From Clostridiaceae bacterium (GTDB taxonomy: Bacteria; Bacillota; Clostridia; Saccharofermentanales; DTU023), in NCBI GenBank assembly GCA_012838135.1, contig DUPV01000008.1:276-64275 (forward strand): DNA of 64,000 bases. Reading direction: 5' to 3'. The notes beneath the pieces are model-generated. The model was not told the DNA's origin. It did not search any database and saw nothing but the letters and a program-made list of their open reading frames with translations. Positions 49,460-60,313 of this stretch are shown one piece after another; position 1 is the stretch's first letter, and each line of letters begins with the position of its first letter. The position numbers and the translations under genes are program-made.

Positions 49460-51298
49460 TTGAAACAAATGCAAGGCTTTAGTCATGCTGAATCGGCTTC
49501 GCATATAAGATCGGAAGATAGACTTATCATGATTGACGAAGCAAGTTTTGCTTATCCGGTATCCGGCGAAAGTTCTTCCTCTATTGTTGCGCTGAAAAAT
49601 GTTTCAATTAAAGCAAATCAAGGCAGACACATAGCAATTTTGGGTCGTAACGGCTCGGGAAAAACGACATTGGCTAAACTGATTAATGCACTTGAAATAC
49701 CTGATCAAGGTAAAGTTATTGTGTTTGGTCATGATACTTCGGATGAGTCAGCGCTATGGTCGATCAGACAGACTTGCGGTATGGTTTTTCAAAATCCGGA
49801 TAATCAAATAGTAGGTACGACAGTAGAAGAAGATATTGCTTTCGGGCCGGAAAATCTCGGTATCCCGTCGGCTGAAATTCGGCATAGAGTTGATCAGTCT
49901 TTGATACGAGTAGGTCTTGAACAGTATGCTGTGAAAGCTCCGAGTCAACTTTCCGGCGGACAAAAACAAAAATTGGCAATTGCCGGTATCTTAGCGATGC
50001 GACCGGCCTGTATTATTTTAGATGAAGCGACCTCAATGCTTGATCCGAAGTCGGCTAAAGATTTTTTTAAGTTAATCAAAGAATTGCAACAGGAATTTTC
50101 TCTGACAATTATAGAAATAACGCATGATATAGAGAATGCAATTTTAGCTGATTATATTTATATTATGCAGCAAGGCGAAATTTTCTTTTCCGGTACTCCG
50201 CGTGAAGTATTTACCAGACCGGATAAAGTGTTGGCAGCTGGACTGGACTTGCCACAACATCTCTATATAAATCATCTGTTCCAAAAGAGTTTTTCACTGG
50301 AAGCACTTGAAAAATTGTGTAAAAAATATCCGAATGACATTTTTACACCGGAGGAAACGGCAGATGCAATGTTTGAGCTTAATAACATAGCAAATCCGCA
50401 AATGATTGCTGTTTCGACAACAAAATATAATTCTTCAAATAAAACTATCATCTCAGTTGAAAATCTGAGTTACACATATCAAAAAGGCACAAAATTTGCG
50501 GTTGATGCCTTGCAAGAAGTCAGTTTTCAGGTTAAGCAAGGTGAGATGGTTGCAATAGTCGGGCATTCCGGTTCGGGTAAGTCAACTTTAATCAGTCATC
50601 TGAACGGTTTAATTGTACCTCAGACCGGTCAGGTTGAGATAATGAATCTGAATACGCATAATAAAAAAGATATTCGGGAAATCCGCAAGTTTCTCGGGCT
50701 TCTATTTCAATACCCGGAACATCAATTGTTTGAGAATACGGTCTATGAAGATATTGCTTTCGGTCCGAAACAATTCGGATTTTCTGAATCTGTGATTGAA
50801 AAGAACGTTAAGCAAGCGATTGATATAGTCGGCTTACCACAAGATATTATGCATCGATCGCCGTTTGAACTCTCAGGCGGACAACAACGCAGGGTTGCGA
50901 TTGCCGGAGTTTTAGCAACTGATTGTGAAATATATGTTTTGGATGAGCCGGCAGCAGGTTTGGATCCGATCGGCCAACAAGAGATTATTAACTACATTAT
51001 GCACTTGCGTGAGCTGAATAAAACAGTGATTTTAGTAACTCATGATATGAAACTTGCAGCTCGAGCTGACCGCATTTTAGTTTTAAATCAAGGTCGTGTG
51101 ACAGCTTATGATACGGTAGAGAATGTTTTTTCAAATCAAATATTATTAGAAGATGCAGGTCTTGAAGTACCACCGGCTTATAAATTTGCTCGCTTAATCA
51201 GCGAAAAATTTTCAAGTGAAATTACCGGCTACACAGCAGAAGAAGTAAGTTATAATTTATTGAAACATCTAAGTAGCAGGAGAAAATATAATGCATGA
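49460..51298 (+). CDS. ecfA: Fused ECF transporter ATPase (EcfA1-EcfA2 in one polypeptide)
   Basis: Two complete ABC domains: GRNGSGKT/LSGGQKQ/ILDEATS and GHSGSGKS/LSGGQQRR/VLDEPAAG. Start taken as TTG 49460 (RBS AGGAG), because the track ATG at 49430 lies in the terminator loop. Confidence 0.92.
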   Translation: MKQMQGFSHAESASHIRSEDRLIMIDEASFAYPVSGESSSSIVALKNVSIKANQGRHIAILGRNGSGKTTLAKLINALEIPDQGKVIVFGHDTSDESALWSIRQTCGMVFQNPDNQIVGTTVEEDIAFGPENLGIPSAEIRHRVDQSLIRVGLEQYAVKAPSQLSGGQKQKLAIAGILAMRPACIILDEATSMLDPKSAKDFFKLIKELQQEFSLTIIEITHDIENAILADYIYIMQQGEIFFSGTPREVFTRPDKVLAAGLDLPQHLYINHLFQKSFSLEALEKLCKKYPNDIFTPEETADAMFELNNIANPQMIAVSTTKYNSSNKTIISVENLSYTYQKGTKFAVDALQEVSFQVKQGEMVAIVGHSGSGKSTLISHLNGLIVPQTGQVEIMNLNTHNKKDIREIRKFLGLLFQYPEHQLFENTVYEDIAFGPKQFGFSESVIEKNVKQAIDIVGLPQDIMHRSPFELSGGQQRRVAIAGVLATDCEIYVLDEPAAGLDPIGQQEIINYIMHLRELNKTVILVTHDMKLAARADRILVLNQGRVTAYDTVENVFSNQILLEDAGLEVPPAYKFARLISEKFSSEITGYTAEEVSYNLLKHLSSRRKYNA

Positions 51299-52106
51299 CC
51301 GCCTGCTTTTAGGAAAATATTATCCGGGCAAATCAATCTTGCACAGATTAGATCCCAGGACAAAATTCATTTTGTTAATTTTGTTAATGGTCACTTTGCT
51401 GATTCCCAAAACGGTATTCCCAATTCTGTTATTGTTAGTCGGTTCTGCCTGCTTGATAATTATTTCAAAGATTCCATTGCAAGAAATCTTAAGTAGTTTA
51501 CGTTCGATTTTATTCATTTTGGTTTTTGCCTTTTTGATAAATTTATTTTCCGGCAAAGGCACACTGCTTCTAGATTTAGGTGTTTTAAAAATTAGGCAGG
51601 ATGGTTTGCTTAATGCTGTTCTGATGTCTATCCGCTTAATTTTATTAGTTCTTGACACTACATTGTTTTTAACCTTAACTACTACACCGTTACAATTGTC
51701 ACATGCCCTGGAAAATTTATTGAAACCTTTGAGTGCGATTCGTTTTCCGGCACATGAAATTGCCATGATGATGTCAATTGCCTTGCGATTTGTTCCAACC
51801 TTGCTTGAAGAAACTGACAAAATAATGAAAGCTCAAAGTTCACGAGGTGCCAATTACGATACCGGCGGATTCTTAAAAAAAGCCAAAGGCTATATCTCAA
51901 TTATCGTGCCGTTATTTATCAGTTGTTTCAGACGAGCAGACGAGCTGGCTAATGCGATGGAAGCACGTTGTTATCATGGTGGTGCGGGCAGAACCAAACT
52001 GAATGAATTGCGATATACATCACTTGATTTATTTTTCAGTATAATTTTTATAATTTGTTGTGCAATTATATTATTTGCCCATTATCAAATGTCAAATCTG
52101 ATATAA
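51291..52106 (+). CDS. ecfT: ECF transporter transmembrane component T
   Basis: Motifs LHRLDPRTK, MMMSIALRFVPTL, AQSSRG and AMEARCY. Confidence 0.95.
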   Translation: MHDRLLLGKYYPGKSILHRLDPRTKFILLILLMVTLLIPKTVFPILLLLVGSACLIIISKIPLQEILSSLRSILFILVFAFLINLFSGKGTLLLDLGVLKIRQDGLLNAVLMSIRLILLVLDTTLFLTLTTTPLQLSHALENLLKPLSAIRFPAHEIAMMMSIALRFVPTLLEETDKIMKAQSSRGANYDTGGFLKKAKGYISIIVPLFISCFRRADELANAMEARCYHGGAGRTKLNELRYTSLDLFFSIIFIICCAIILFAHYQMSNLI

Positions 52107-52167
52107 TATTTTTTAAGATCAAACTAAATATAAAACTCAAATCTAAGCAATTATCAAGGAGAAGGTT

Positions 52168-53142
52168 ATGTCAGTATTTTTAGGCATTGATGTTGGCGGT
52201 ACAACAATTAAAATCGGTTTAGTTTCGGAGCAATTTGAATTATTAACTAAAATTTCAATTGATACGCGAGCGGATTCGGAAAATGCGGATCAAATTACAC
52301 AACGTATGATGTTAACCTGCGAAGAATTATTAGCAAAAAATGGGATGACCTTGGCAGATGTTTTGGCAATTGGCTTGGGTGCTCCCGGTACAATTTTGAA
52401 TAAAAGCGGAATGTATACTTTTGCCGGTAATTTACCTTTTAGGGATTATCCGTTAAGAGAAAAAATTCGGAAATACTATTCCGGGCAGATTTATTTCGGC
52501 AATGATGCCAATGTAGCTGCATTAGCTGAGAGTAGAATCGGTGCAGGTCAAGGTACTGCGAATAGCGTAATGATTACTTTAGGTACCGGAGTCGGTGCGG
52601 GCGTGATCATTAACAATCGCGTATATAGTGGTTTTAATGAGGCGGGAGTTGAATTCGGTCATATTGTGATTAATGTTGACGGTGAATATTGTACCTGTGG
52701 TCGCAATGGCTGTTGGGAAGCATATGTTTCGGCAACCGGATTAATCAGACAAACTAAAGCGGCAATTAATGACAACCCGGACTCAATCTTGGCACAGGTA
52801 GCAAAGGAACAGGGCAAAGTGAATGGTAAAACGGTTTTTTTAGCTGTTGATCGCAATTGTCCGGTGGCAGACCGGGTATTTGCCCGATATGCTTATTATC
52901 TTCAAGTCGGAATGGCGAATTTAATTAATAGTTTTATGCCGGAAATTATTATCATGGGTGGCGGAATCAGTTACGAAGGTGATCGTCTGATCAATTCGTT
53001 CAAGCAAGGTGCATTGGATGAGGCAATGCTTTTCGGCGTACCGATGCCTGATTTTAAAACGGCAACTTTGGGTAATGATGCAGGTATGCTCGGTGCAGCT
53101 GTGTTTGCTTTTGACTGTCTGACGGACGGTTTAGTTTATTAG
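52168..53142 (+). CDS. ROK-family sugar kinase (glucokinase-like)
   Basis: Motifs GIDVGGT, NDANVAALAE, LGTGVGAG, EFGH and CTCGRNGCWE. Confidence 0.93.
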   Translation: MSVFLGIDVGGTTIKIGLVSEQFELLTKISIDTRADSENADQITQRMMLTCEELLAKNGMTLADVLAIGLGAPGTILNKSGMYTFAGNLPFRDYPLREKIRKYYSGQIYFGNDANVAALAESRIGAGQGTANSVMITLGTGVGAGVIINNRVYSGFNEAGVEFGHIVINVDGEYCTCGRNGCWEAYVSATGLIRQTKAAINDNPDSILAQVAKEQGKVNGKTVFLAVDRNCPVADRVFARYAYYLQVGMANLINSFMPEIIIMGGGISYEGDRLINSFKQGALDEAMLFGVPMPDFKTATLGNDAGMLGAAVFAFDCLTDGLVY

Positions 53143-53153
53143 TTCGATTTAAA

Positions 53154-53966
53154 ATGTACAGAAACATTGCTCTGAAAATAGCATATGACGGTTCATGTTT
53201 TCATGGTTGGCAATTTCAAAAAAATGCTTATACCGTTCAGCAAGCGATGCAGGACAGTTGGTCTAAATTAATCGGCGAAAGAATTAACGTTATCGGTTCC
53301 AGTCGCACTGATGCAGGAGTTCATGCAACAGGTTTAGTAGCCAATTTTAAAACTTCAGCAAAAATACCTGCTGATAGAATTCATCTGGCTTTGAATACAA
53401 TGTTACCTGACGGGGTCAGCGTTATTGCGGCAAAGGAAGTTGCTCAGGACTTTAATGCACGTTTTGATGCTCTGGGTAAGCACTATTCTTATTTTTTTTA
53501 TCATAGTACTGTAAGACCTTCAATATTACGTAATTTTACGGCCCATATAAGCGGGCCTTTAGATTTGCAAAAAATGCAGGAAGCTTGTGCTTTATTTATC
53601 GGTGAAAAAGATTTTGCGGCACTTGCTGATCAGGGGACGCCGGTCAATACAACCGTTAGAGAGATTCTCAAGCTGCAAATTTCAGAATGTACAGATAATA
53701 TTATTCGCTTGGATGTTGTCGGTACGGGATTTTTATATCATATGATCAGAATTTTGGCAGGTACCCTATTTTATATAGGAAGTGGTAAAATAGATATTAA
53801 AAATATTCCGCAATATCTTGCAAGCAAGAATCGAACACTGATGGGTAAAACAATGCCTGCTCGAGGTCTGTTTTTGAATAAAGTTTATTATCAGACAGTA
53901 TTATTCGGACAGGACGGATTGACCAATTTTTACAATAGTTCAATTAATAAATATGATTCGAGGTAA
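53154..53966 (+). CDS. truA: tRNA pseudouridine(38-40) synthase
   Basis: Motifs YDGSCFHGWQ, SRTDAGVHA, FNARF and GFLYHMIR. Confidence 0.97.
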   Translation: MYRNIALKIAYDGSCFHGWQFQKNAYTVQQAMQDSWSKLIGERINVIGSSRTDAGVHATGLVANFKTSAKIPADRIHLALNTMLPDGVSVIAAKEVAQDFNARFDALGKHYSYFFYHSTVRPSILRNFTAHISGPLDLQKMQEACALFIGEKDFAALADQGTPVNTTVREILKLQISECTDNIIRLDVVGTGFLYHMIRILAGTLFYIGSGKIDIKNIPQYLASKNRTLMGKTMPARGLFLNKVYYQTVLFGQDGLTNFYNSSINKYDSR

Positions 53967-53969
53967 AAA

Positions 53970-55424
53970 ATGACAAATAATAATTGGAATTTACGTACAA
54001 ATATGACCATGCTGACAGATTTATATGAATTAACGATGATGAATGGTTATTTACAAAATGGATTGCAAGAGAGTATAGCCTGTTTTGATCTCTTCTTTCG
54101 TAATGTTCCTGAATCAGGTGGCTATGCAATTATGGCCGGTGTTCAACAGATGATTGATTATTTGCGAGATCTGAAATTTGAAGCTGAAGACATTGAATAT
54201 CTGGAAAATTTAAATCTCTTTAATCAAGATTTTTTAGACTATCTGAAAAATTTTGAATTTGTTTGTGATGTTTGGGCAATTCCTGAAGGCACACCGATTT
54301 TTCCGGGGGAACCGATTGTCAAAGTAGTAGGTCCGCTGATGCAAGCTCAAATGATCGAAACAATGCTGCTTGTAACAATCAATCATCAGAGTCTGATAGC
54401 AACAAAATCTTCACGGATTGTCCGTTCAGCTAAAAATCGTCCGATAATGGAGTTCGGTGCAAGAAGAGCCCAGGGCTATGATGCGTCGGTTTTGGGTGCC
54501 AGAGCTGCATATATAGCCGGTGTTGCTGGAACATCATGTACGATAGCCGCTCAACAATTTGACATTCCTGCTTTGGGAACGATGGCTCATAGCTGGGTTC
54601 AATCGTTTCCAACCGAATATGATGCTTTTGCAGCTTATGCCAGAACATATCCTGATAATACACAATTTTTGGTCGACACATATAATACTTTACATTCAGG
54701 TGTTCCGAATGCAATTAAAGTAGCACATGATGTTCTTAAACCGATGGGTAAAAGATTAAAAGCAATTCGAATTGATTCGGGCGACTTAACTTATTTGACA
54801 ATTAAAGCACGTGAGATGCTGGATGCAGCAGGACTTATTGATTGTAAGATTACGGTCAGTAATGCGATGGATGAATATCTTATTCGCGAGCTTTTAACGC
54901 AAGGTGCTAAAGTAGACAGTTTTGGTGTTGGTGAACGTTTGATAACATCCAGAGCAGAACCGGTATTTGGCGGAGTTTATAAATTGTCGGCAATTGAATT
55001 TAACGGAGAAATAATTCCGCGTATGAAAATTTCGGATAATCCGGAAAAAATTACCAATCCCGGTTCGAAAGAACTCTGGCGTTTCTATGATCGGGATACC
55101 GGATTTGCTTTAGCTGATTTAATCACCTTGGCAGGTGAAACGATTGATGACACAAAAGATTTAGAAATTTTTGATCCGCATCATACTTGGAAACGTAAAA
55201 CTCTGACTAATTTCAGAGCAGAGAAATTGTTAAAACCGGTATTTGTCAAAGGACAAGCAATCTATCCCGAACTTTCTTTAAAAGAAATAAGAGAATATTG
55301 TGCAGATCAAGTGGATCGTCTTTGGGATTCAATCAAACGTTTTGAAAATCCGCAAACATATTATGTAGACCTGTCACAAAAATTATGGGATTTGAGGCAG
55401 TCTTTCCTAGCTCAACATACTTAA
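53970..55424 (+). CDS. pncB: Nicotinate phosphoribosyltransferase
   Basis: Motifs LTDLYELTM, EFGARRAQG, GTMAHSWVQ, LVDTY, RIDSGD and GGVYKL. Confidence 0.96.
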   Translation: MTNNNWNLRTNMTMLTDLYELTMMNGYLQNGLQESIACFDLFFRNVPESGGYAIMAGVQQMIDYLRDLKFEAEDIEYLENLNLFNQDFLDYLKNFEFVCDVWAIPEGTPIFPGEPIVKVVGPLMQAQMIETMLLVTINHQSLIATKSSRIVRSAKNRPIMEFGARRAQGYDASVLGARAAYIAGVAGTSCTIAAQQFDIPALGTMAHSWVQSFPTEYDAFAAYARTYPDNTQFLVDTYNTLHSGVPNAIKVAHDVLKPMGKRLKAIRIDSGDLTYLTIKAREMLDAAGLIDCKITVSNAMDEYLIRELLTQGAKVDSFGVGERLITSRAEPVFGGVYKLSAIEFNGEIIPRMKISDNPEKITNPGSKELWRFYDRDTGFALADLITLAGETIDDTKDLEIFDPHHTWKRKTLTNFRAEKLLKPVFVKGQAIYPELSLKEIREYCADQVDRLWDSIKRFENPQTYYVDLSQKLWDLRQSFLAQHT

Positions 55425-55475
55425 TGCTAGACTGAATGATTAGGAGGATTCATTGCAGAGGAATTATCGACCTAA

Positions 55476-55733
55476 ATCAAAAATCAGATCGAAAATTATC
55501 AGTTTTTGACTGAAGCGACTTTTTTGACTATGTTTGGGGGATTCTGCGGTTTACTGTTAGGTGTTATATTGTCTCGAATCGCATCTGCAATTTTGAATTT
55601 CAGAGTTGTTTTAAGTTTACGCTGGATCGTTATTGCAATTATCTTTTCTACTTTAACCGGTCTGATTTTCGGGATTGCTCCTGCCCGTAAGGCTGCTCGA
55701 CTTAATTCAATAGATGCTTTGCGATATGAATAA
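55476..55733 (+). pseudogene. 3' remnant of a MacB/FtsX-like ABC permease
   Basis: QFLTEA...GGFCGLLLG...GLIFGIAPARKAARLNSIDALRYE* matches the C-terminal pattern of MacB-type permeases. An in-frame stop lies upstream (TAA 55473-55475) and the rest of the gene is absent. Confidence 0.8.
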
Positions 55734-55865
55734 AAACGAATATAACAATTAAACAGAAATTCAAACATAGATTATTTTACAGTAGAGTAAAATCTGACTA
55801 ATATATAAGAGAAGCTGATTTCAATTGATTACATATTAATAAAAGCGAAAATAGGAGGTAATTAT

Positions 55866-56453
55866 ATGTCCAAGAAAAAAATTGCAGTGTTATTTGCAGA
55901 CGGATTTGAGGAAATTGAAGCATTATCGGTTGTGGATTTTTTGCGCAGAGCAAATATTGAAATAACAATGGTTTCAATAAAAGATAGTGTAGATGTCGTA
56001 GGAGCGCATGAAATAGAGTTAAAATGTAATGGCTTATTGTCAGATTTAAAAGCGGAAATAGCAACAGATTACGATGGTGTTGTATTGCCTGGTGGTCTGC
56101 CGGGAGCTGAATATTTGAGAGATTCCGATGCTGTCATAGAATTAATCAAACGAATGGCTGAAACCGATAAAATTGTAGCTGCTATTTGTGCAGCTCCGAT
56201 TGTTTTAGAAAGAGCCGGCTTGACTAAGGGCAATAAGGGTACATCCTATCCCGGTTTGGATATACAACTTTCTTACAGTGAATATAAAGAAGATATTGTA
56301 GTACAAGACGGTAAATTGATAACGGCCAGAGGACCTGCAACTTCAATATATTTTGCTCTGAAAATTATTGAAGTATTATGTGGTAAAGATACATCAGATC
56401 AAATTGCTGAAGATTTATTACTACCGATAGTGGAGTCTCAGATTTGTAGTTAA
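55866..56453 (+). CDS. DJ-1/PfpI-family protein (YajL/ThiJ-like)
   Basis: Motifs GFEEIEA, LPGG, AAICAAP (catalytic Cys) and ITARGP. Confidence 0.94.
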   Translation: MSKKKIAVLFADGFEEIEALSVVDFLRRANIEITMVSIKDSVDVVGAHEIELKCNGLLSDLKAEIATDYDGVVLPGGLPGAEYLRDSDAVIELIKRMAETDKIVAAICAAPIVLERAGLTKGNKGTSYPGLDIQLSYSEYKEDIVVQDGKLITARGPATSIYFALKIIEVLCGKDTSDQIAEDLLLPIVESQICS

Positions 56454-56483
56454 GTAAATATTTATAAGTAAGCAAGTTAAAAT

Positions 56484-57686
56484 ATGGTATGGTTTATGCG
56501 CAATAAGTTCAAAGTTCAATCCACAATATCAACTGATATGCGAACACAAATCGGTGTTAAAGTCAGTATAGTAGGATTAGCAGTCAATCTGGGTCTTTTT
56601 GCGCTCAAAATAATGGTTGGATTTTTGTCGGGCAGTATTGCAATGGTTGCCGATGCAGTTAATAATTTATCGGATTTTGCATCGGCAATTATTGTGCTGA
56701 TCAGTTTTAAAATATCTTCCAGGCCGGCTGACCATAAACATCCTTTCGGACATGCCAGATTTGAATATATTGCTTCTGCAATTGTTGCAATGTTTATTTT
56801 ATTTTTGGGTTTTGAATTAGGCAAATCTTCAATTAAAAAAATAATTAAACCAACTTTGGTTTCAGTATCATGGTTTTTCTATGCAACATTAATTTTATCA
56901 ATTCTGGTTAAAATTGCACTCTATTATTATTATGTCCGTCAGAGTAAAAAAATTGATTCAATTGTGATCAAAGCAACTGCCAAAGACAGTTTAAGTGATG
57001 TCTTTGTCAATTTAGGATTGTTAATAGCAATTTTGTTAGGCAAAATTTTCGGTTTGGCGATTGACGGCTATGCCGGTATGCTGATGTCGATTTTTATTAT
57101 ATATTCCGGTATTTCGATTTTGCGTCAAACAGCAGATCATATTTTGGGGCAACGTCCGGATCTTCATCTCAAGCAGATGATTAAGCAGTTAATTTTAGAG
57201 AAACCCGGAATATATGGTTTACATGATTTAATAATACACGATTACGGTGTCGATAATTATTTTGCGACAGCCCATGTTGAAGTTGATGCTGCTCAAGATA
57301 TTATGGATAGTCATGATATTTTAGATCAAATTGAACGCGAAGTAGCAGTCCGATTCAATATTAATCTTGTACTGCACATGGATCCGATAGATTTAGACAA
57401 TCCTGAACAAAATCGCTGGGAAATTTTAGTAGACAAGTTAGTCAGTTCAATTGATTCACATATTTCAATGCATGATTTTCGTATCCAAAAATCAGAGCAA
57501 CAATTACAATTGATCTTTGATTTGGATGTGCCGGATAATCAGTTGTGGTCGAATGAAGAATTGCGTGCTGAAATAGAAAGAAGTGTCCGGAAAATTGAAC
57601 CGAACACCCAATGCTTTATTACAATTGACCGCAATTATACAACCGAAACTGTCGATTTAATTACTGGTGATGTCCAACAGTCATAG
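56484..57686 (+). CDS. Cation diffusion facilitator (CDF) family transporter
   Basis: Motifs ADAVNNLSD, HPFGHARFEY, DSLSD and HDLIIHDYG; duplicated C-terminal domain. Confidence 0.93.
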   Translation: MVWFMRNKFKVQSTISTDMRTQIGVKVSIVGLAVNLGLFALKIMVGFLSGSIAMVADAVNNLSDFASAIIVLISFKISSRPADHKHPFGHARFEYIASAIVAMFILFLGFELGKSSIKKIIKPTLVSVSWFFYATLILSILVKIALYYYYVRQSKKIDSIVIKATAKDSLSDVFVNLGLLIAILLGKIFGLAIDGYAGMLMSIFIIYSGISILRQTADHILGQRPDLHLKQMIKQLILEKPGIYGLHDLIIHDYGVDNYFATAHVEVDAAQDIMDSHDILDQIEREVAVRFNINLVLHMDPIDLDNPEQNRWEILVDKLVSSIDSHISMHDFRIQKSEQQLQLIFDLDVPDNQLWSNEELRAEIERSVRKIEPNTQCFITIDRNYTTETVDLITGDVQQS

Positions 57687-57756
57687 TGAATATTTGTCAT
57701 GCATAAGTTAAAATTAGATTTTTGTCTTGCCCAAAAGGGAATTGTTTTATTCTAAA

Positions 57757-59010
57757 CTATTCTCTGATTTGACCTTGACCACGTACGAGAAATTTCTCCG
57801 AAGTTAGTTGTTTGATACCCATCGGACCTCGAGCATGCAATTTTTGAGTAGAAATGCCAATTTCACCACCAAAACCGAATTCTCCACCATCAGAAAAACG
57901 AGTGCTGGCATTGAGATAGACAACGGCAGAATCGACTTCATTGAGAAATTTTTCTGCATTAGTCACGTTTTGGGTCAAAATACAATCTGAATGTTGGGTT
58001 CCGTGTTGATTAATAAAAGCTATTGCTTCATCAACCGATTCTACTTGGTGCAATAGAATTTCTTTAGCTAAAAACTCTACGCCGAATAATTCTTCTCCCG
58101 ATAAATAAGTTTTTATTTTTAGTTCGTGTGACAATAAATTGTAGAGTTCCTGAGTAATATTAATTTTAACATCTGCCTCTAATAAAGCCTCAACGATTTC
58201 CTCAGTTAAATAATTCTTTTCTGTTTGGATCAAAACACATTCGACGGAATTGCAAGTTCCTGGTCGCTGGGTTTTAGCATTGAGTATGATCGGCAGAATT
58301 TTATCATCTTCAGCAGTTTCATCTAAATAAATGTGACAAGTACCATCACCGGTGAAGATCATCGGAATGGTAGAATTTGCCATCATTGATTCTTTAAGCT
58401 GTTTGCCGCCACGGGGAATTAAAACATCAATGTACTTATTTTGGACTATTAATTGATTCAGAGAATCACGACTCGGATCATCAAGCAATTGCACCGCATT
58501 CTTAGGCATACCGTTTGCTTCGCCAACTCGTGCAAATAAATCTGCCAAAATCCGATTGGAATTTAAAGCAGCAGATGAACCACGCAGGATGGTGACATTG
58601 GAGGATTTAAGACAAAGGGCAGCAGCATCGATTGTAACATTGGGTCTTGATTCATAAATAATTGCCACTATACCCAAAGGTGCTCTGACTTTTTGGATTG
58701 ATAAACCGCTTTCAGTTCTGAAGCCTTCGACGACTTCTCCGATCGGATCAGGGAAGCTAGCAATGATTTCCAATGAATCCGCCATACCTTTAATCCGACT
58801 CGGATTAAGCGCTAAGCGATCAAGCAGAGCGGAACTGAGTCCGTTTTTTTCACCGGCTGCCAAATCCATCTGATTTGCTTCGATAATTTTGTCTTGTTCA
58901 GCGATTAATGCCTTAGCAATTTCTCTTAAAATTTTATTTTTAACTTTTGTTGATAATTTTCGCATTTCGTTTTCTGCGATAGCCGCTCTGTAACATAATT
59001 GTTTAATCAT
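57757..59010 (-). CDS. proA: Gamma-glutamyl phosphate reductase
   Basis: Motifs IIYESRPNVT, LIPRGG, CNSVE, NASTRFSDG and STQKLHARGP. Confidence 0.97.
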   Translation of the reverse strand: MIKQLCYRAAIAENEMRKLSTKVKNKILREIAKALIAEQDKIIEANQMDLAAGEKNGLSSALLDRLALNPSRIKGMADSLEIIASFPDPIGEVVEGFRTESGLSIQKVRAPLGIVAIIYESRPNVTIDAAALCLKSSNVTILRGSSAALNSNRILADLFARVGEANGMPKNAVQLLDDPSRDSLNQLIVQNKYIDVLIPRGGKQLKESMMANSTIPMIFTGDGTCHIYLDETAEDDKILPIILNAKTQRPGTCNSVECVLIQTEKNYLTEEIVEALLEADVKINITQELYNLLSHELKIKTYLSGEELFGVEFLAKEILLHQVESVDEAIAFINQHGTQHSDCILTQNVTNAEKFLNEVDSAVVYLNASTRFSDGGEFGFGGEIGISTQKLHARGPMGIKQLTSEKFLVRGQGQIRE

Positions 59011-59060
59011 AAATTCACCCCTTATGTTTTGCTAAAAATACTACTTTGAACGATAACATC

Positions 59061-60161
59061 TTATACTTTGACTAAATTATCACTGTGCACAACAACATCA
59101 GAATAATGATAACCAAGAATTTCCTTGATTTTTGATGTTTGTTGACCTAATATTTTTTTGATTTCCAGATTATTATAATTGACAATACCTACACCTACTT
59201 TTTTATTTTGGAACAGAATGCTGACTACAGATCCGAGTTCGAAATCACCGTCAATTGCAGTAATTCCGACCGGCAGTAATGATTTGCCCTTTTGAATAGC
59301 CAGGTAAGCTCCTTGGTCAATATGGAGATTGCCGGATTGAGTTGTAGCATAACGCAACCAATATTTTCTGGCATTGAAATTCGGTTCAGATGCAATAAAG
59401 TGCGTACCGATATTTTCTCCTCTAAGTGCCCGGCTGATATCGTGCGGATCGTCACCATTGGCAATGATTAAATCGGTGCCGTTGGACATAGCCATTTCAG
59501 CTGCCAAAATTTTGGTGGCCATACCGCCGGTTCCGAACTTGGAGCCGGTTGTTCCGGCAATATGTTTAATTTGATCAGTGATTTCCGTGATTTGATCATA
59601 CCGTTTGGCATCGGGGTTTTCTCTGGGATCTGAATCATATAAACCGTCAATATCGGTTAAGATAACAATAAGATCGGCATCGACCAGAGCGGCAACAAAA
59701 GCCGATAATGAATCGTTATCGCCAAGCTTGATTTCATTAATTGAAACTGAATCATTTTCATTAATAATCGGAATAATTTTTTTCTCAATTAAGAGGCGGC
59801 AGGTATTGCGTGCATTGAGATAACGTGTCCGATTAGAAAAATCATCTTTGGTCAGCAATAATTGAGCTATCGGATGATCAAAAGCGAAGAACAGTTGGGA
59901 ATAAAGTTGAATTAACTCAACTTGACCGACTGCTGCCAAAACCTGACGTTCGTCAATCTCATTCGGTTTTTCCTGGACGTTGAGTATACCCATTCCGGCA
60001 GCGATTGCTCCGGAACTGACGAAAACACACTCATAACCCTGATCAGTTAGAGTGGAAATCTCTTTTACAATTTTTTTGATTTGTTGGACGTCCAACTTTC
60101 CGTCAGCATGTGTTAAAGTTGAACTTCCGACTTTAATGACAATTCTTTTAAAATCTTTCAT
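59061..60161 (-). CDS. proB: Glutamate 5-kinase (with PUA domain)
   Basis: Motifs IVIKVGSS, VSSGAIAAG, PIINEND, GDNDSLSA and GTGGMATK. The start could be up to 60188. Confidence 0.97.
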   Translation of the reverse strand: MKDFKRIVIKVGSSTLTHADGKLDVQQIKKIVKEISTLTDQGYECVFVSSGAIAAGMGILNVQEKPNEIDERQVLAAVGQVELIQLYSQLFFAFDHPIAQLLLTKDDFSNRTRYLNARNTCRLLIEKKIIPIINENDSVSINEIKLGDNDSLSAFVAALVDADLIVILTDIDGLYDSDPRENPDAKRYDQITEITDQIKHIAGTTGSKFGTGGMATKILAAEMAMSNGTDLIIANGDDPHDISRALRGENIGTHFIASEPNFNARKYWLRYATTQSGNLHIDQGAYLAIQKGKSLLPVGITAIDGDFELGSVVSILFQNKKVGVGIVNYNNLEIKKILGQQTSKIKEILGYHYSDVVVHSDNLVKV

Positions 60162-60313
60162 GATCATTTCCCATCTGTGAATTATCATTAATTGTACAAG
60201 AAATTTGAGGTATTGTTAAATTCGGGTTTAATATAAGTTGCGAACTTTTTGTTAACGATCTGAAACAAATATATAATTAATCATTATACAATCAATTTTC
60301 GACTTTTATTCGG

